DNA of 63,951 nt, filler included, from Dimargaris cristalligena (lineage: Eukaryota), in the NCBI GenBank assembly GCA_003614675.1. It is 3 parts of 3 records of this genome, joined end to end, with 100 filler letters (N's around TTAATTAATTAA, not from the genome) between each part and the next. Parts side by side here need not be neighbours in the genome. Positions count along the whole stretch, not along the records: positions 23,145 to 46,051 come from ML002623.1; positions 46,152 to 63,951 come from ML002788.1; 1 more part is not named here. One strand, written 5' to 3'. Position numbers and translations under genes: made by a program. Every line of letters starts with the position of its first letter. Position 1 is the stretch's first letter. Shown here one piece after another: positions 36,721 to 50,079 of the stretch. Under the pieces are notes generated by a model that saw only the letters and a list, made by a program, of their open reading frames with translations, was not told where the DNA came from and ran no database searches.

Positions 36721-39700
36721 GCTGGATCGAGTGGGGGGGGTGTGAATGGCGGAGGTGCAAGGAAATCGAATAGAGAACGTGGGCGCGGGGGTGTCGATGT
36801 AGGGAAACCCTTTGCAAATTAAGAATAGTAGAACATGGGAGGGGGCTAGACAAGAAAAGAAGACAATCCCTGGTGCTATAGTGAATCCTAGGAGTGGCTC
36901 TTACTTACCACCGCCAGCCCATGGCATGGGTTGTCTTACTGATGAGCCCCATTCATTATACAATCAAAGAGTACACTCGTTCTCTAACTATGCTGCAGCA
37001 GAATAAAAGAGCTGAAACCCCACCTGTATATGACCACTACTAGATTGTGCTGAACATAGGCTCTATGTTTGGACTGACTAAAACTTGGGTCTAGAAGCAA
37101 ACCAGGGTGCTTTTAGGACATTGCTGAAGAAACATGGCCAGCCGGTGTCCAGGAAACTGAAATCGATATGGCCACCGTCCAAATCGATTACTAGTTAAAA
37201 TGCTGGATTAAGCAGGGCAAAATTCGACCGATGTCGCCATCCCGGTTGCCTTATTTGGCCGCATTTCTCGCGACTGTTTCCATCTGCCGAAGACGGCAAA
37301 ATGAAAACAACTGCTAGGGCACGGCAGCGGAGAAAGACTCGCGGTGGTTTGGTGAAGGTGGCAGGACGGTGGATTCTGCAATATAGCCAAGTGGGCTCCG
37401 CTAGTCAGGTGGGAGGGAGGAAGTACTGGCTTCGCAAAACAACGTAGACAGCTTTACGTGTTAATCTTATTGACGAATAAACAACAGACAGCGGATTCCC
37501 TGACAACCGCGCACTCTTTCGAATAGGGAAATGATAGCTCCAAGGCCTTCGCAATGATTCGACCCCCGCTTTCCCATGCCCCATGCCTTTCGACTACTGT
37601 CTTCTAATCCTACCCATCCCGTAGTTTGGTGACTTGGAGTAGCAAAAGCGAATGGTCTGGGCAATCATACTCTGGGAACAGCTCCCTTGGCGACCGATGT
37701 CCATCCCAAAAGGATCCGCTCGCTTAGCCCACGGTGGGTGATTGCAGTTGGTTTGGTTGCAGCACCACCGTGACCTCGATTGGTCCCCAAACTTAATTCA
37801 GGCACCGGGGATGAAAGGGCCAGGCGCGCCTAAATTGCTTACTAGGCAGCTGGTCAATTCCATTAGGCTTCCAACTCAGGCAATGCTTCCCGGCCCAACT
37901 ATCCCTCCAAAACCGACTCACCTTTGTCTACTAGTGCGTCGCATGTGGTACTGCAGCTTGAGTCCACAGCCGCATTGCACTCATAAGTGCCACCGGTATT
38001 CCATTTAAGCGCTAAACCAGTTGGTATATTGAACGTGTGGGATTTACGACAATGGCACCCTAATCTGCAAACAACCTGCACATATATGCCCGTCAACATG
38101 TATGTATACGATTTTCTACTGACCCATCCGGGTTAAATGAAGTCCCCCAAGTAGTGGAGCGGGGTTGAACAGCAATTAGGCCTTGCGACAACATCGTTTA
38201 GTGGACCACTACTACACCGGCCAATCCCCTTCCCTAACTTGCCGATGATCCCCCCATTCGTCGTATATTGGAACAACTAGCTTCTTTGATGCGAATCCAT
38301 TCCTCCCCACCTTCCTATTAAGGCCCTGCCGCAAATGCAAACCAGCCAAAAAGAAAGCATTAGTTAAGGTGTAATAATACCTCAAGTTGGCCAAATCTAC
38401 TACACCCCTTTGTAGCACGGAAGGGTGCCAATTGGTTTTCGGGGTGGTTTAGAATAATTATCACTTTCTAGGAATTCTTCGGCTTGACTGCGCCTTTAAA
38501 TTTTTTAAACGCAAAATCAAAAAGCTAAACTCGATGCAACTGGTCCTCGTGAGCTCAATAGGACCAGCGGTAATGTCAGGGTGACCAACTGGGACGACTA
38601 ATTAGCAGCCGTCTATCAATAACTTATTTCCTTCCAGCCACATGTATTCTGGACAGCTAGCCGATGGCACTGAATCATACTGCTCAGTAGCAGCGAAAGC
38701 AAACAGCCCCCAATGGTGACAAGGTAGTGTTGACTTATTGGTGGTATAGAGATTGCTCTGATGGCTCATGGATGTGCAGTTTCTGGAGAGGAGGGACTGT
38801 CAGTAGACAATCCAAACAGTGATATCTATTATCCCGGCCCATCACATAAAGATGATGCCATCAAGCCAGACGGATGCTGACTGGAAAACCAAAGGGGACA
38901 CGCTATAAGGCCTTTGACCTGGGTGATAGGTACGTTCGCGGTAGGATAATAGTATGGCCGAGTTCCAGCAGCACCCCGGCCGAGGACAGCCCTTTAAAGT
39001 AACAGTGCGTCTTACTTCATGCATCTGGCGCAACCGACAGTTGTGAGCTACTTTGACTCCTGGCTCACCATACAGAACTGGCCGTGACGCTGCCCCGCCC
39101 GTCTCCTGAAATGAAGAACAGCCCGGGTTCACAAGGGGCTGTTTACTTCCTGGACAAATAGTTCAGCAGTTGTGCTCTACCCCCTAGTCATGATCCATGC
39201 ATATTAGGATTAACCTCTAACATCCCAATATAATATTACGGTGCGGTTCTTCACACTGGCCAGTCCCAATTCTCCGAACTAAACAGTTTCATATACCCAG
39301 CTGACTCAGCCGCTGTCACCCAGTGTGCCACCACGGCGGGTGGTATTGATAGCACATGGTTTAATTGTACAGGCCTCACACGTTGAAATGAACAATAGCC
39401 ACCACCGTTTTCAGTGTCTCAATCCGGCTGAACCGGGTTTGTTTTGCTATCTTCCAGCAGTTAATGTTTTTCTAATTCGCCGGCCAGTTCCACAATATGC
39501 CCCAGGTAAGAGAGGCTCGGCTGAGAAACAATCAGCATGAGAAGGAGCGGGGGAATGGTACTGGCTTTGTTAATAATCCCCGACGTCACACACATCGTGA
39601 TCCTTGGGGTGTTTTGTGGCCCGTTCCTGTGTGGCCGCAAGTCCCACTGTGGAGGGATGCCGAGCAGTGTAACGAAGAGATGGAGAATGGGGTAGATATT

Positions 39701-42700
39701 GATTCGACCACCACTCCCCCCCCCTCCGTTGTATATTCCAATTTTTTGCATCACCAGTGGCCAATCCTTGTCCCACTCCCACCCCTTCCGTCATGGGCGA
39801 ATTTAGACCCAGACAGTTACGCATGCTGAATGATACTAATTGATAGGTGCGCTCTCATCCCTATTGTTCCGCCTGGGTATTTAATTTCCCGTCTTCTTCC
39901 AACACCAGTGGATTGCCGATTTCGCTGATACTATTTATTAATAACCCCAAAAAGCCGAAGGGGGTCTTCTCAATGCAGGCCATTTACGGCACGAAAGGGA
40001 GGCCTACTAAGCCCGCTGGTCCATGTAGTTACAGACATACATTGCCCGAGAGGGAAGCCGGCTACAGATATTAGTAAGTTGCTAGGAACTTAAAAATAGT
40101 CTCCGAAATTAGCCAGGGGCCGGAGCAAATGACGCGATCCTACCGCTATCCGCTGGAGCGCTAGGCTTGACCGCCCGAGGTGGATATCAGACCAGGCTTA
40201 TTTGCTGTTGGCTAACTGTTATCTGGCCAATAATCACATCTTCATCAGCCGACTTGAACTATGGGCAGCCTACCGGATTGGATTTCTTGAATGGAGGATG
40301 CCACGGTCCCCAGTGAATTGAGTGGTTAAGCCTCTCCACTGCGGGATAAAAATAGATCCATGGGGAGCGCAGGCCCATTCCAGAACAGTAGGTAGTGGTT
40401 GACTAGGGGGGCACTTGGTGCAGCGGAATGCCTAGATGAGAGCGTAAACCACCTTGTGTATCACTCCCCCCTTTGGATATGTAGCCAGTTTAATGATTAG
40501 ACGGCTAATCCAGTTGACCATTGGGAACAACCACCGGCTATTTTTAGTCGCGTCCCTCCCCACCAACAAAAGAATCTGTCGGCGAGTAGTTTCAACATCC
40601 CCATTTACCCAACAATCAGTCTTTAGTTTTCGGAAACCACCCATGTCATTTGCTAAGGTTCCGCTAAATAATGAGCTACGGGAAATAATTTATCTTTGAT
40701 ATAGTAGCGGATATATCAGCTACGCCTGGCGGGACTCAGATCATACGTTGATTTGTACCCCAACGGGGGCTGTACGTTTGTGACCGGATTTAGTGCGATC
40801 TATTTTTACCACGAAGTAGTATTACTCCGTTAGGCAAGGCAGGCGCGGGCGCCGACCGTGAAGTAGGCTAGGCCCGCCACCTTGGTCTTTAAAGCGACTT
40901 CTCTCTTCGTATTGCACTAGCAAATGCTAAAGGGGCTAACGCGTGTACATTAGAGGCGACTAAAGCCTTCCTTCTCTCTAACAAAGTTAGGGCGCTCGAT
41001 AATACTTAGCTAATTGAGTGGGAATCTATTATGCCCATGGCACCCCTTCAAGGATTCATCAATTAAAAGAAAAGAGGGCACATTTGGAGTAATGATGGTC
41101 CACTTGTTCGTTTTTACCTTTGGATATTAATAGGCCATGTTTTTATCATTTTCAAGGCATTCCATCGGCCGTTCTTCACAATAGCCGAGCAATGATTGCT
41201 TATTCGCGGATGATTCGGGAAATAGTCAAAGGCGGATTTGCCCCCCAAAGCCCATTATATTGGATTCCCGTCGTATATCAACGACTATCCTTCGACGGAA
41301 TCTAAAATAAACCATCGGCTCGATTGACCAACGCCAACGTAGCATGTGCCGTTTAGCAGCTATGGGCTGACCCCCAAGTTTACCTCCCCGTGGAATGAGT
41401 TGCTGCCGTAGATGATTGTAATAGCATCTCCCACTGTACACCCCACTATTTTACACTTACGAATAACCGAATCCTCCGCGTGGCCGATCTTGGTAAACCT
41501 GGCAATACCAAGGATTTCCTAAAATAGTAAACACGGCCAATTCCACCAGACCAGCTAAAGTCAATAGACATACCCCTCTTTGAATGAGGCTCTATAGCCG
41601 CCTGTAGCCTGTAGCTGGTGCTTATGCGGGCCAGGTAGGACCTTGTAATGGAGTGAACCTAAAGGAACAGCGGAGGTCAGCCAGAACTTCCTGTCTTCAG
41701 ATAATGCAGGAGAGCCGCTAGCTATGGTTGCTAGCTAAACTATGCTTTAGTGCACTCCAGGCACCTTAACCGCCTGCATCGCCAGCCACATTTTGCTCTA
41801 ATTACGTGAGCTTCCACTGGCATCCAGCGAAGAAGCCGTATAGTAGTTATTGCCGACTGGCTCCCCCAACCAACCAACTAACTGACCAGCCGGTATAATT
41901 GGACGGTCCAGAGCAGCGGTGCCCCGTCTATAATATTGTAATTATTTTTAACGAGGGGCCCGGTCATCCTTCATCAATCAGAAACAATCAAGCCCACCAC
42001 ACTCTGGACCCGTAGATGCCTCTTTCTCCGGCCACCATAGGTGCTGACGGTGGGACCCCCAAGCCCAACTGATTGCCTGCTGCTGGGCCCCAGTATTAGC
42101 GGGTCTGCGAAAAGGAGACTGGGTGGGTGGTAGAAGAGAGAAAGAGAGAAAGAGAGAGAGAAGAGTGTATTATAGCGGAATTGAGGCCAGACCCCGAGTG
42201 ACGGGATCTCGGTCATTTAGATGCCGGTACGTGGGGCCCGCCTCAATTAATCCATGTTATAACCGACAGTCGGAATAGAGGAAAGCGAAGCATCGGGAGA
42301 CAGAGTTGGATAGAGAGAGAAGGGGGCCCGCGCCAAGATAGACGGCAGCCGTTTTCCTGTGATACGGACATCACCCGCCCGAGAACCCCTTCAGGATGGC
42401 GTAGACCTCATCAATGGGTTATCGGCAATTCTTCGCTCATTGAAACCACTAGTTATGGGGGAGGAAGGGGATAGTGGCATCCGAGACCCATACTTAGAAA
42501 ATGACCCGGTTCATTTTGCTAACCCTGGGGCCCACTGGCTATGTCTCCGACCATTCCCTCCTTGGGCCGATACCGCCACATTCTCCAACACAAAACGGCT
42601 GTCCTTGTAGTTTTTTTTATTAAGCGTTGCTATCGAAGGGGTACCCCCAATATGAAGCGGGGCTGGAGCCCAGACATCGGTTAATATTATCAATGAATTC

Positions 42701-45048
42701 CTATATATTAAAAAGCAAAACATTTTAAAAAAAAAATTGCACCGGAAAACCACAGGGGTTGGTCATTTCCGGTGTTCTCCCCCCATCTCCAGTCCCCGAT
42801 GCAGCAGCACTGTGTAAATGTGGCCCGGCCCAATTGTACAGAATCGGTGATGCCGCAGACTCGAATAAGGAAACCCGCCGGACCAGACAACTCTGAGTAG
42901 TAGCCGTTCTCCGATCCATCGGCTACGTTCCAACTCGCGCTTCAGTAGGAGTTTATAATGTACATCGTACTCTGAAAATCGCCATAGTCCGGTGATTAAA
43001 TAACCCTCCAAAGTGACAGTTGCATCTGTGCACCCTTGCTTAAGAACCATGGCGGGCGCAGGCCTTAGTAATATAGGGGTGGGGTTGCAGTAGAGACCCA
43101 ATCGACTTGCCATTACAAACGGGTTAATCAGCCTGGCTGACACCAACAACACCAGCTAGACATGGGATTGCCCTTGGAAATGGTCGGAGTTTATCAGCCA
43201 GCACCGTCTCCCCAATGGCATACAACAATAACAGCGTGGGGTGTGGACCAGTGCGCTAGGAACGGGGTCGGCAGGCGTGATCATGGGGAGTATCCGCCCG
43301 TGAAGGCGGGGGGATGTGGCCCACCCCGACCTTGTACTGCACATGGCCAGTAGGGGTATCCCGCCGAGTAATAAACGCGCAAATCCACTCCAGTTCCCCA
43401 TCATTCACCTCTCCGAAAAAAGAAACAAGGTGAAACCAAGTTACTCATCAGCGCACATCAGGTACGTCCTTCGCTGGTAAGCCCCCCTCCTGGTGTATAT
43501 AGAAATGATACCAGCCTAGTGAACTCCATAGAAGGATGGCCGCCGAATGATGGACAGAAGCTGGAGCCTTCACATTGGCTCAAACGAGGGTGGGAGGCCC
43601 ACTATTGTTATATTATTTTTTTCATTTGCCTTATTCTACATCTATATGGCATGGGCAACGGGGGTTGGCCGCCAGCCTAATGTCTAATCGGAAGCCCAGC
43701 CTTTCTACTCAAAATAGACGGCCGACCACAGAGGAGGAGGCAATTAGCCGGCCGTGGCCAATAGGCATTCAGACGGCCACAATAGTCGACCCCCAAGGAT
43801 TTGCGGCGGTGATTATCGGACCAACACACCTACAGAGGGAGAAGATATAAGTGATGATTGCCATCAGCCTCACTTATAGGTCAATAAGGCCCCTGGCCAA
43901 TACGGTTCCCCCCTTCTTTGGCCGCCCAGCCTGTCGCCGTCTCCCCCCGAACATGTAGGCCACCATTTAGTCAGGAGGCCGCTAACCATACCTACTCCCC
44001 CCTCCTCCTCCTCCTCTGCTTAATCGCTATTTTCCTCTTTCCTTACCCTTGGGCCGAACGACTACACTAGTGCTGCATTACGGCCAGGTATAGGAAGGAA
44101 TAGGAGAGGGATATGGCTGAGCTGATGGATATTGGCTACTACACGGTGCAATGGGCCAAGTTAATTAGATGGTGTTACTCGGCCCGCCCCCATGGATCTA
44201 TGGGCGCCTCCTCCCCCTTCATCGGCTGCAAAACACTGGTACAATGGCCACCACCTCCTTCCAGCCCAGCGGTAAAAATAGCCCACAGATGGATATGGGT
44301 CGGAGTGACTGAAATTGCGAACACGGCGTATTCTCTCTCTAGCGGTTAATTGCGTGCAATTTGCTAGTCACCTAAACGGCGCATTGGTGCCCAATCCTTC
44401 GCCTCTCCTATACACCTATCAACCCCCCTGGCTGGTCCAATCTCCAACCAACCATACACAGACCGCTCCAGTAGTGGGGAGGGGGAGTTGCTTCTATCGC
44501 TCGGTCCTTCCCGCGTCATCCCTCTATTTTATTTGGGCCCAACAACCGTTGAAGCATTCCGGCCCACAGCCAATACAGTGTCGATCATTTAGACGAATAC
44601 TCAGCAAGCCACTCCAGCCCGGGCAACACAACACGACGGACGGGAAAAGGGGGAGGAAGAGGAGGGAAGGGGCGTGCTTGGGACCCGGTGGCCGGGGCCA
44701 TTGGTGATGCCCCCTTCTCCTCGCCCTCCTCCATTTCCCCCTTGTTCCACTCTCCCTTCATCCCGCCAGCTGGCCGCACATCCTCACGGCTGGACAATGG
44801 TTCGCTGGTGCGTTCTTGCGGATGGAATGTACCACTCGCCGCTTTCCCTTTGGCCTTGCAGCTCTGCACATCCTCCATTTCCCCCCCACCTCAGCCAACC
44901 GCTGATCAGTCGCAAAATATAAAAAGCGACCTGCCGCCCGCTTCTCATTGATTCTTCAGTTGGCTTCATCTTCATTTCCCTCTATTCCCCCATCTAATTT
45001 TGACTGTGACACAGTTGGTTATCTTCGACTCTTCGACAGAGCCCCGAT

Positions 45049-45055
45049 TATATAA
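45049..45055 (+). promoter_or_regulatory. Candidate TATA box upstream of the secreted repeat protein
   Basis: TATATAA followed by a pyrimidine-rich leader, about 310 nt before ATG 45362. Confidence 0.35.
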
Positions 45056-45361
45056 CCCTGCCGCATCGCTCGCTTTTTAACGCCCTCCTCCTCACTCCAT
45101 TCTTCCCTCCTTGAATATATCTGCTTGTGCCTCACACATCAGCTCTATTCTCCGAGCCCATCTTTTGTTCTTAGCTTTAATTCCTATCTCCCTTCCTTTA
45201 TCTGATTTTTACTGTTCTTTGAAATCTGAGCGATTGCGATTTACGACCCTTTTTAGTGCCACAGTCAATTATTTGGCATTTATGATAACGACCGACTAGT
45301 CTAACTATCCCTATCACCACTCTCCCCCTACCTAATCACCCGCATTCCATTCTAATTCATC

Positions 45362-46051
45362 ATGAAGTTATTCCAGGCATTTATGATCCTCGCCTCGGTG
45401 AGTGCTACTCTGGCCGCCCCCAAGGGCCGTCTCCAGAAGCGTAACTACGAGGTTATCCCTCCCCCAGATTCCTCCATGACCCCTGTCGCTTCCAGCACTC
45501 CGGGATACCCCATCGTCACCCCTCCCACCGAGACCATCCCCGTCTCCAACACTGACGTGGTCCCTACCGACTCGATCACCGCCTCTTACCCGATCGTCAG
45601 TCCCCCTAGCGAAACCTCGCCCGTCGTCCCCAGCGAGACCACCCCCGTTTCCAACACTGATGTCGTCCCTACCGATACCCCTACCGATACCCCCACCGGC
45701 CCCGCCGAGACCACCCCCGTCTCCAACACTGATGTTGTCCCCACCGACACTCCCGTCGACACCGAGACCCTGCCCTGGTGCGACGAGGAAACCGAGACCC
45801 CTACCGGCCCCGCCGAGACCACTCCCGTCTCCAACACCGATGTCGTCCCCACCCCTACCGACACTCCCACATACCCCATCATCACTCCTCCTGGCGAGAC
45901 CACCCCCGTGTCCAACACCGATGTGACCCCTCCCGCCACCGGCACCACTCCCCCCACCAACCCTACCAACCCCGATGAGTGCGTGGAAGATGATGCGGAC
46001 TGCTGCGAGGCCGAGACTGTCACCGTGACTGTCCCCGCTGTCACCGTCACC
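45362..46051 (+). CDS. Secreted Thr/Pro-rich repeat (mucin/cell-wall-like) protein, truncated by the gap
   Basis: Signal peptide MKLFQAFMILASVSATLA, Kex2-like LQKR, five ET(T/I)PVSNTDV(V/T)P repeats, three YPI(V/I)(T/S)PP repeats, strong C-ending codon bias. Confidence 0.88.
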
Positions 46052-46151
46052 NNNNNNNNNNNNNNNNNNNNNNNNNNNNNNNNNNNNNNNNNNNNTTAAT
46101 TAATTAANNNNNNNNNNNNNNNNNNNNNNNNNNNNNNNNNNNNNNNNNNNN
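46052..46151. other. Assembly spacer N44-TTAATTAATTAA-N44
   Basis: Same artificial linker as at 23045-23144. Confidence 0.97.
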
Positions 46152-47310
46152 AACTTCTCTCCCTTTCTCTATTATCTATCTATCTTTTCATTTAGGCTTC
46201 CTCTTTTGAGTATAAATACTCCCACTTGCTGCCACCTCTTGGAACAGCAAGTCTATCATCACCTTTCCCTTTTTATCACCTATCTTTTTAAATAAAGTTC
46301 AGTTTTTAAGGATTTGAGTTCAGTTCTTTACACAAGGACATTGGTATAGGTGGTGGTAGTCTCAAGGTTAGTATCTGGTTCCATTTGGATTTTGTGTTTG
46401 ATTTCCATTTTTAGGCCTCAGATATAAGTACAGCATTTCTCATCATCACTTATGTTGGGGATTCTGAGGCAAAATTATCAGAACTTTATTTCATAGTCAG
46501 CTACTCCTCCAGTTTATTTAAGCTTTTCCAGGCCATGTTCTGCCATTTTGGAGTTGGAAGTATAGCTAAACTGGTTGGTAAGGCTGTTGGCTAGAGTGGT
46601 AAAGTCAGGGAAGATGTATAATTCTTCTGCTTCTTGGGTGACCATTTTGAACCAATCATAAGCATGTCCAGTTAGGTTATTGACAGCACTATCTAGTTTG
46701 GATTGTTCATTAGTGACTACTTGGAGGCAGGAGTAGCAATTCATTTGGCTTATCCATCTCTTGGCATCACCAGTCCCATTGAATTAGGGTAGTTGCTCTC
46801 CATGGAGGTGGTGGGTTAAGGTTAGAGTTAGGTTGGGAGTACTCATAGTTGGGGAAGGTGGGAGTGAGTAGAAATTAGTGGATTCAGTGGTATCAGTATA
46901 GGTATCAGACTCAGTAGAGTCAGAGAGAATGCCAAAAGTCATCAGCTTAGGTATTCTGGTAAGGGGGGGGGTAAGGTATGTTTTAGTTTATCAGTAGTTC
47001 AAGTAGTTAAGTAGTTAAGTAGTCAAGTAAGTAAGGTAATCAAGTAGTAAATTAATTAGGTGAAGTAGTCAAGTTTAAAGTAACAGAGTGTATAGTTGAT
47101 TTTCAAGTTTTACAGTAAGGCAAGTCTTTTAGGGGATCAGTTTTAGCAGTGTCAGGTCTAGGAGGATGGATGGATGAGATACCCTGGTCCTCCACCAGAT
47201 GTTAGCATTAAATCAATTAAGAGAGAAAGAAAAGACCAACGTTTATTGATTAACTATTGATTCGCTATATATCTCCCATAGCGGGATTTCTATTGGTTAG
47301 TCCTCTAACA
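46152..47310 (-). mobile_element. Degenerate Ty3/Gypsy LTR retrotransposon 5' end (LTR, PBS, gag pseudogene)
   Basis: Frame from ATG 46942: ...LP*FNGTGDAKRWISQM...AVNNLTGHAYDWF...LEKLK*TGGVADYEIKF**...IPNISDDEK...YI*GLK (retrotransposon gag with in-frame stops). PBS TGGTGGAGGACC lies 2 nt after the LTR. Confidence 0.88.
47200..47310 (-). repeat. Putative 5' LTR (111 bp)
   Basis: Bounded by a perfect TGTTAG...CTAACA inverted repeat. On the minus strand it contains CCAAT, TATATA and AATAAA, and is immediately followed by a TGG-starting PBS. Confidence 0.75.
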
Positions 47311-49389
47311 GAATATCTCATATGGCATTGTAACCCGTTTGCTCTGTTGCCTTTGAATTCATTCCCTATTTACTTTACCTTTTGTTATCTCCTTATCGCA
47401 ATGGTAAGTGAATTCACTCCCTTCATGAATAATGTGCCCTTCCCTCTAGTTGGATTGCTACTCTCAACCATGTAACTGCTGGAAAGCAGACGCGCATTCC
47501 TTAGGAATCGGCGTCCTTTAAAAAAACTGACTAGTCCTCACTAACCCAACAACAACTAGCTGTTTATGTTTATATATATATATATTTCATTTTCCGTCTG
47601 ACGATTTCATTTCCATTACTTTACATTCCATTCCCCACCCTTGCCTCCCCTCAACCTGTAGGCTAACCCCGTTCCCCCGTGTCAGAAACAGGCCTGCGAT
47701 ATCCAGGCCTGTCTTCAAAAACACAACTACCAAGAGTCCCACTGCCAACAGTATCTGGAAAAACTCCGCCAGTGCTGTGCGACGCTCCTGGCCAAGGGGG
47801 GGAGCTCTCCGTGTTGTTCCAAAAAGATTGCGGGTCAGAGTACTTGACTCAATATATTGTTATTTTCCGTACGCGCACCTCCCACCACCCACCCCCTCGT
47901 ACGTCTTTACTCCACAGGGGCCTCCTTCCCTTCACCCTCCAAAAGCGGATTTATATGATGCGCTAACCAACCTTCTGGGGATATATACATTCGAACACTA
48001 AGGTGCTGCAATTCTACCACCTTTTACTCACTCGGCGGTGCTGAGGGGGGGGGTGCTAGGGTTGCTGGCTCCGCATTAAGGCACATGTCATGTAAAAGTG
48101 AGTGGGCGTTGTATTAAATTAATATTACTTTATTCAATGCCTATTGAGTCGTAAACAGACCTCCTCCTGTGGAGTGCCTGGCTTCGTTGATTCGACTAGA
48201 CAATTTGCCTGACATTAACTTGCCCGCTACGCCCAAACAATACCGTTTTATGTATTACACCTATTTTATACAAAATATATTAAACAGTAAACCCGAATTC
48301 AGATTCACCAATTGAATGGTCGGGGGGTAAAACGCCTTGGAGTTGAGACGTAATTACGTCAATGATCTATTCGCTAACCGATTTTGGGGGGAATGGGGTG
48401 CGAATAGAAGTTTTATTGTGATGGTACATTTCTCGTTTGTGTGGTGGCATTGGATTCAAGCGCCTAGCTCAACTACGTCAATAACCAATAACGCCTGGGT
48501 TTATGAGCATTACTCCGACTTAAAGTACGTTACAAGGCAAATAACTGGGTAATAGATTAATTTCCACCATTATAACGCTTACATGTACAGGGGTGATCAC
48601 CCCAGGATGAATGGATCCGGTGAATCGATATGTTTTTATATATACATATATCTATCTATATATGGATTCTACGTACGTGGAGTGGCCCAACCAAGATTAT
48701 GGGGCAGATGGTCAGGAACCCCCTGGTATTAAGCACTCTAATAAGGAGCAATTCCCCCTCCTCCTAGCTGGGACCACCGGCATTCAGCATTCGGACATGC
48801 AGGAGTATAGTATTGGGGGGTGAATGGCTCTACCAAAGGAGATGCATTGGAGCTGGTAGTGTGACCGGGGTGCCGTGTTTTCCGTCCATGACACTACTAA
48901 CGAAATCATGGGAGCGGGGGTGGAGAGGGCAAAGTTAACTGATTACCGGATGAGCATAGTGGGTAGGGAATTATTCGGCGATTTGAAATCCGGTCGAAGC
49001 TAGAAGAGGTACAAGATGGTTAATCTGGAAAAGTATTTAAAGGCGGACATGGCCGGAGTCTAGAATATCTTTATATTGAATACATTATCCCGCCATACCC
49101 ATTTTGTAACAATCAATGCCCTTTATGCCCGGAACTCTCTATGCTCACCTATTCATTAACGCAGTGCCCTGATTTAACTATTGACTAGTGCATCAATCAG
49201 GTCCATCCATTTTATTTTTATATATAGCCCAATATATCTATTACTCGCTGACACTTAAGAAAGGTTCAATCCACTTACCAGAGCTTATAGTGCAATTTCT
49301 TGTCGAAACCACCTGTAATAATCAACCCCTTCCCCGCCGTTACATAACCGCATTCTCCACCACTCGGCCTCCATCCAACTATCATCGCG

Positions 49390-50079
49390 ATGAAGGTTTT
49401 CCGTTTAGTTGTCGTAACCGCCTTAGTCCTGGCCTGCGCCAGCACCGCTCCCGGCGTCGGGGCCTCCGCCAGCACGGGGCTTAACATGGCCAAGATGGTC
49501 GATTTAATCAACCGCGAGCGCGCCAAAGCCCACGTTCCCCCAGTTTCCTATGACCCGACCCTAACCCGGGACGCCAACCACCACTCCATCTACCAAAGCC
49601 GCATCGGTACCATGACGCACGACGACTCCCGGGGCGATACCCAAGAACGCCTCGAACAGGACGGCGTGCCCAGTGTGGCTACGGGCGAAAACGTGGCCTG
49701 GAACCAACGGGACGAACGGGAAGTCATGCGCGATTGGATGAATTCCCCCGGTCATCGGGCAAATATTCTGAACCCCCAGTTCACCCGCTTCGGCGCGTCC
49801 CGCATCAATGGGTACTGGACTCAAGTATTCTCAAAATTCTCCGGGGATGCCTCCGGCTCCGGTTCGGGTTCGGGTTCCGGTCGGCGGCCCAGTCGCTTCG
49901 GGTTGATGACGTCTTATGACCAAGATGATAATGATGATAGCTTCGGGAATTGGACCCATATGGTGGAATTCCGGCGTACCCCCGTGATCAACCTCGATAA
50001 ACGGGAGCCGCGTAACCCGGAATATCCCTGTGAACATCCCCTGGCTGAAGAGGAGCTGGAGTGCTGTGAATGGGAGTGA
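49390..50079 (+). CDS. Secreted CAP/SCP (PR-1-like) protein
   Basis: Signal peptide, LINRERAK, GENVAW, WMNSPGHRANIL and YWTQVF; GS linker and acidic tail. Confidence 0.93.
   Translation: MKVFRLVVVTALVLACASTAPGVGASASTGLNMAKMVDLINRERAKAHVPPVSYDPTLTRDANHHSIYQSRIGTMTHDDSRGDTQERLEQDGVPSVATGENVAWNQRDEREVMRDWMNSPGHRANILNPQFTRFGASRINGYWTQVFSKFSGDASGSGSGSGSGRRPSRFGLMTSYDQDDNDDSFGNWTHMVEFRRTPVINLDKREPRNPEYPCEHPLAEEELECCEWE

Noticed and set aside
36800-45000. Many 60-130 aa ORFs in the long intergenic region (likewise 53000-58600 and 5622-6038)
   Set aside because: No motifs, codon bias or consistent splice structure that I could support.
46985-47075. Short AAGTAGT(T/C) tandem repeats
   Set aside because: Low-complexity leader of the retroelement; no spacers, so not CRISPR-like.
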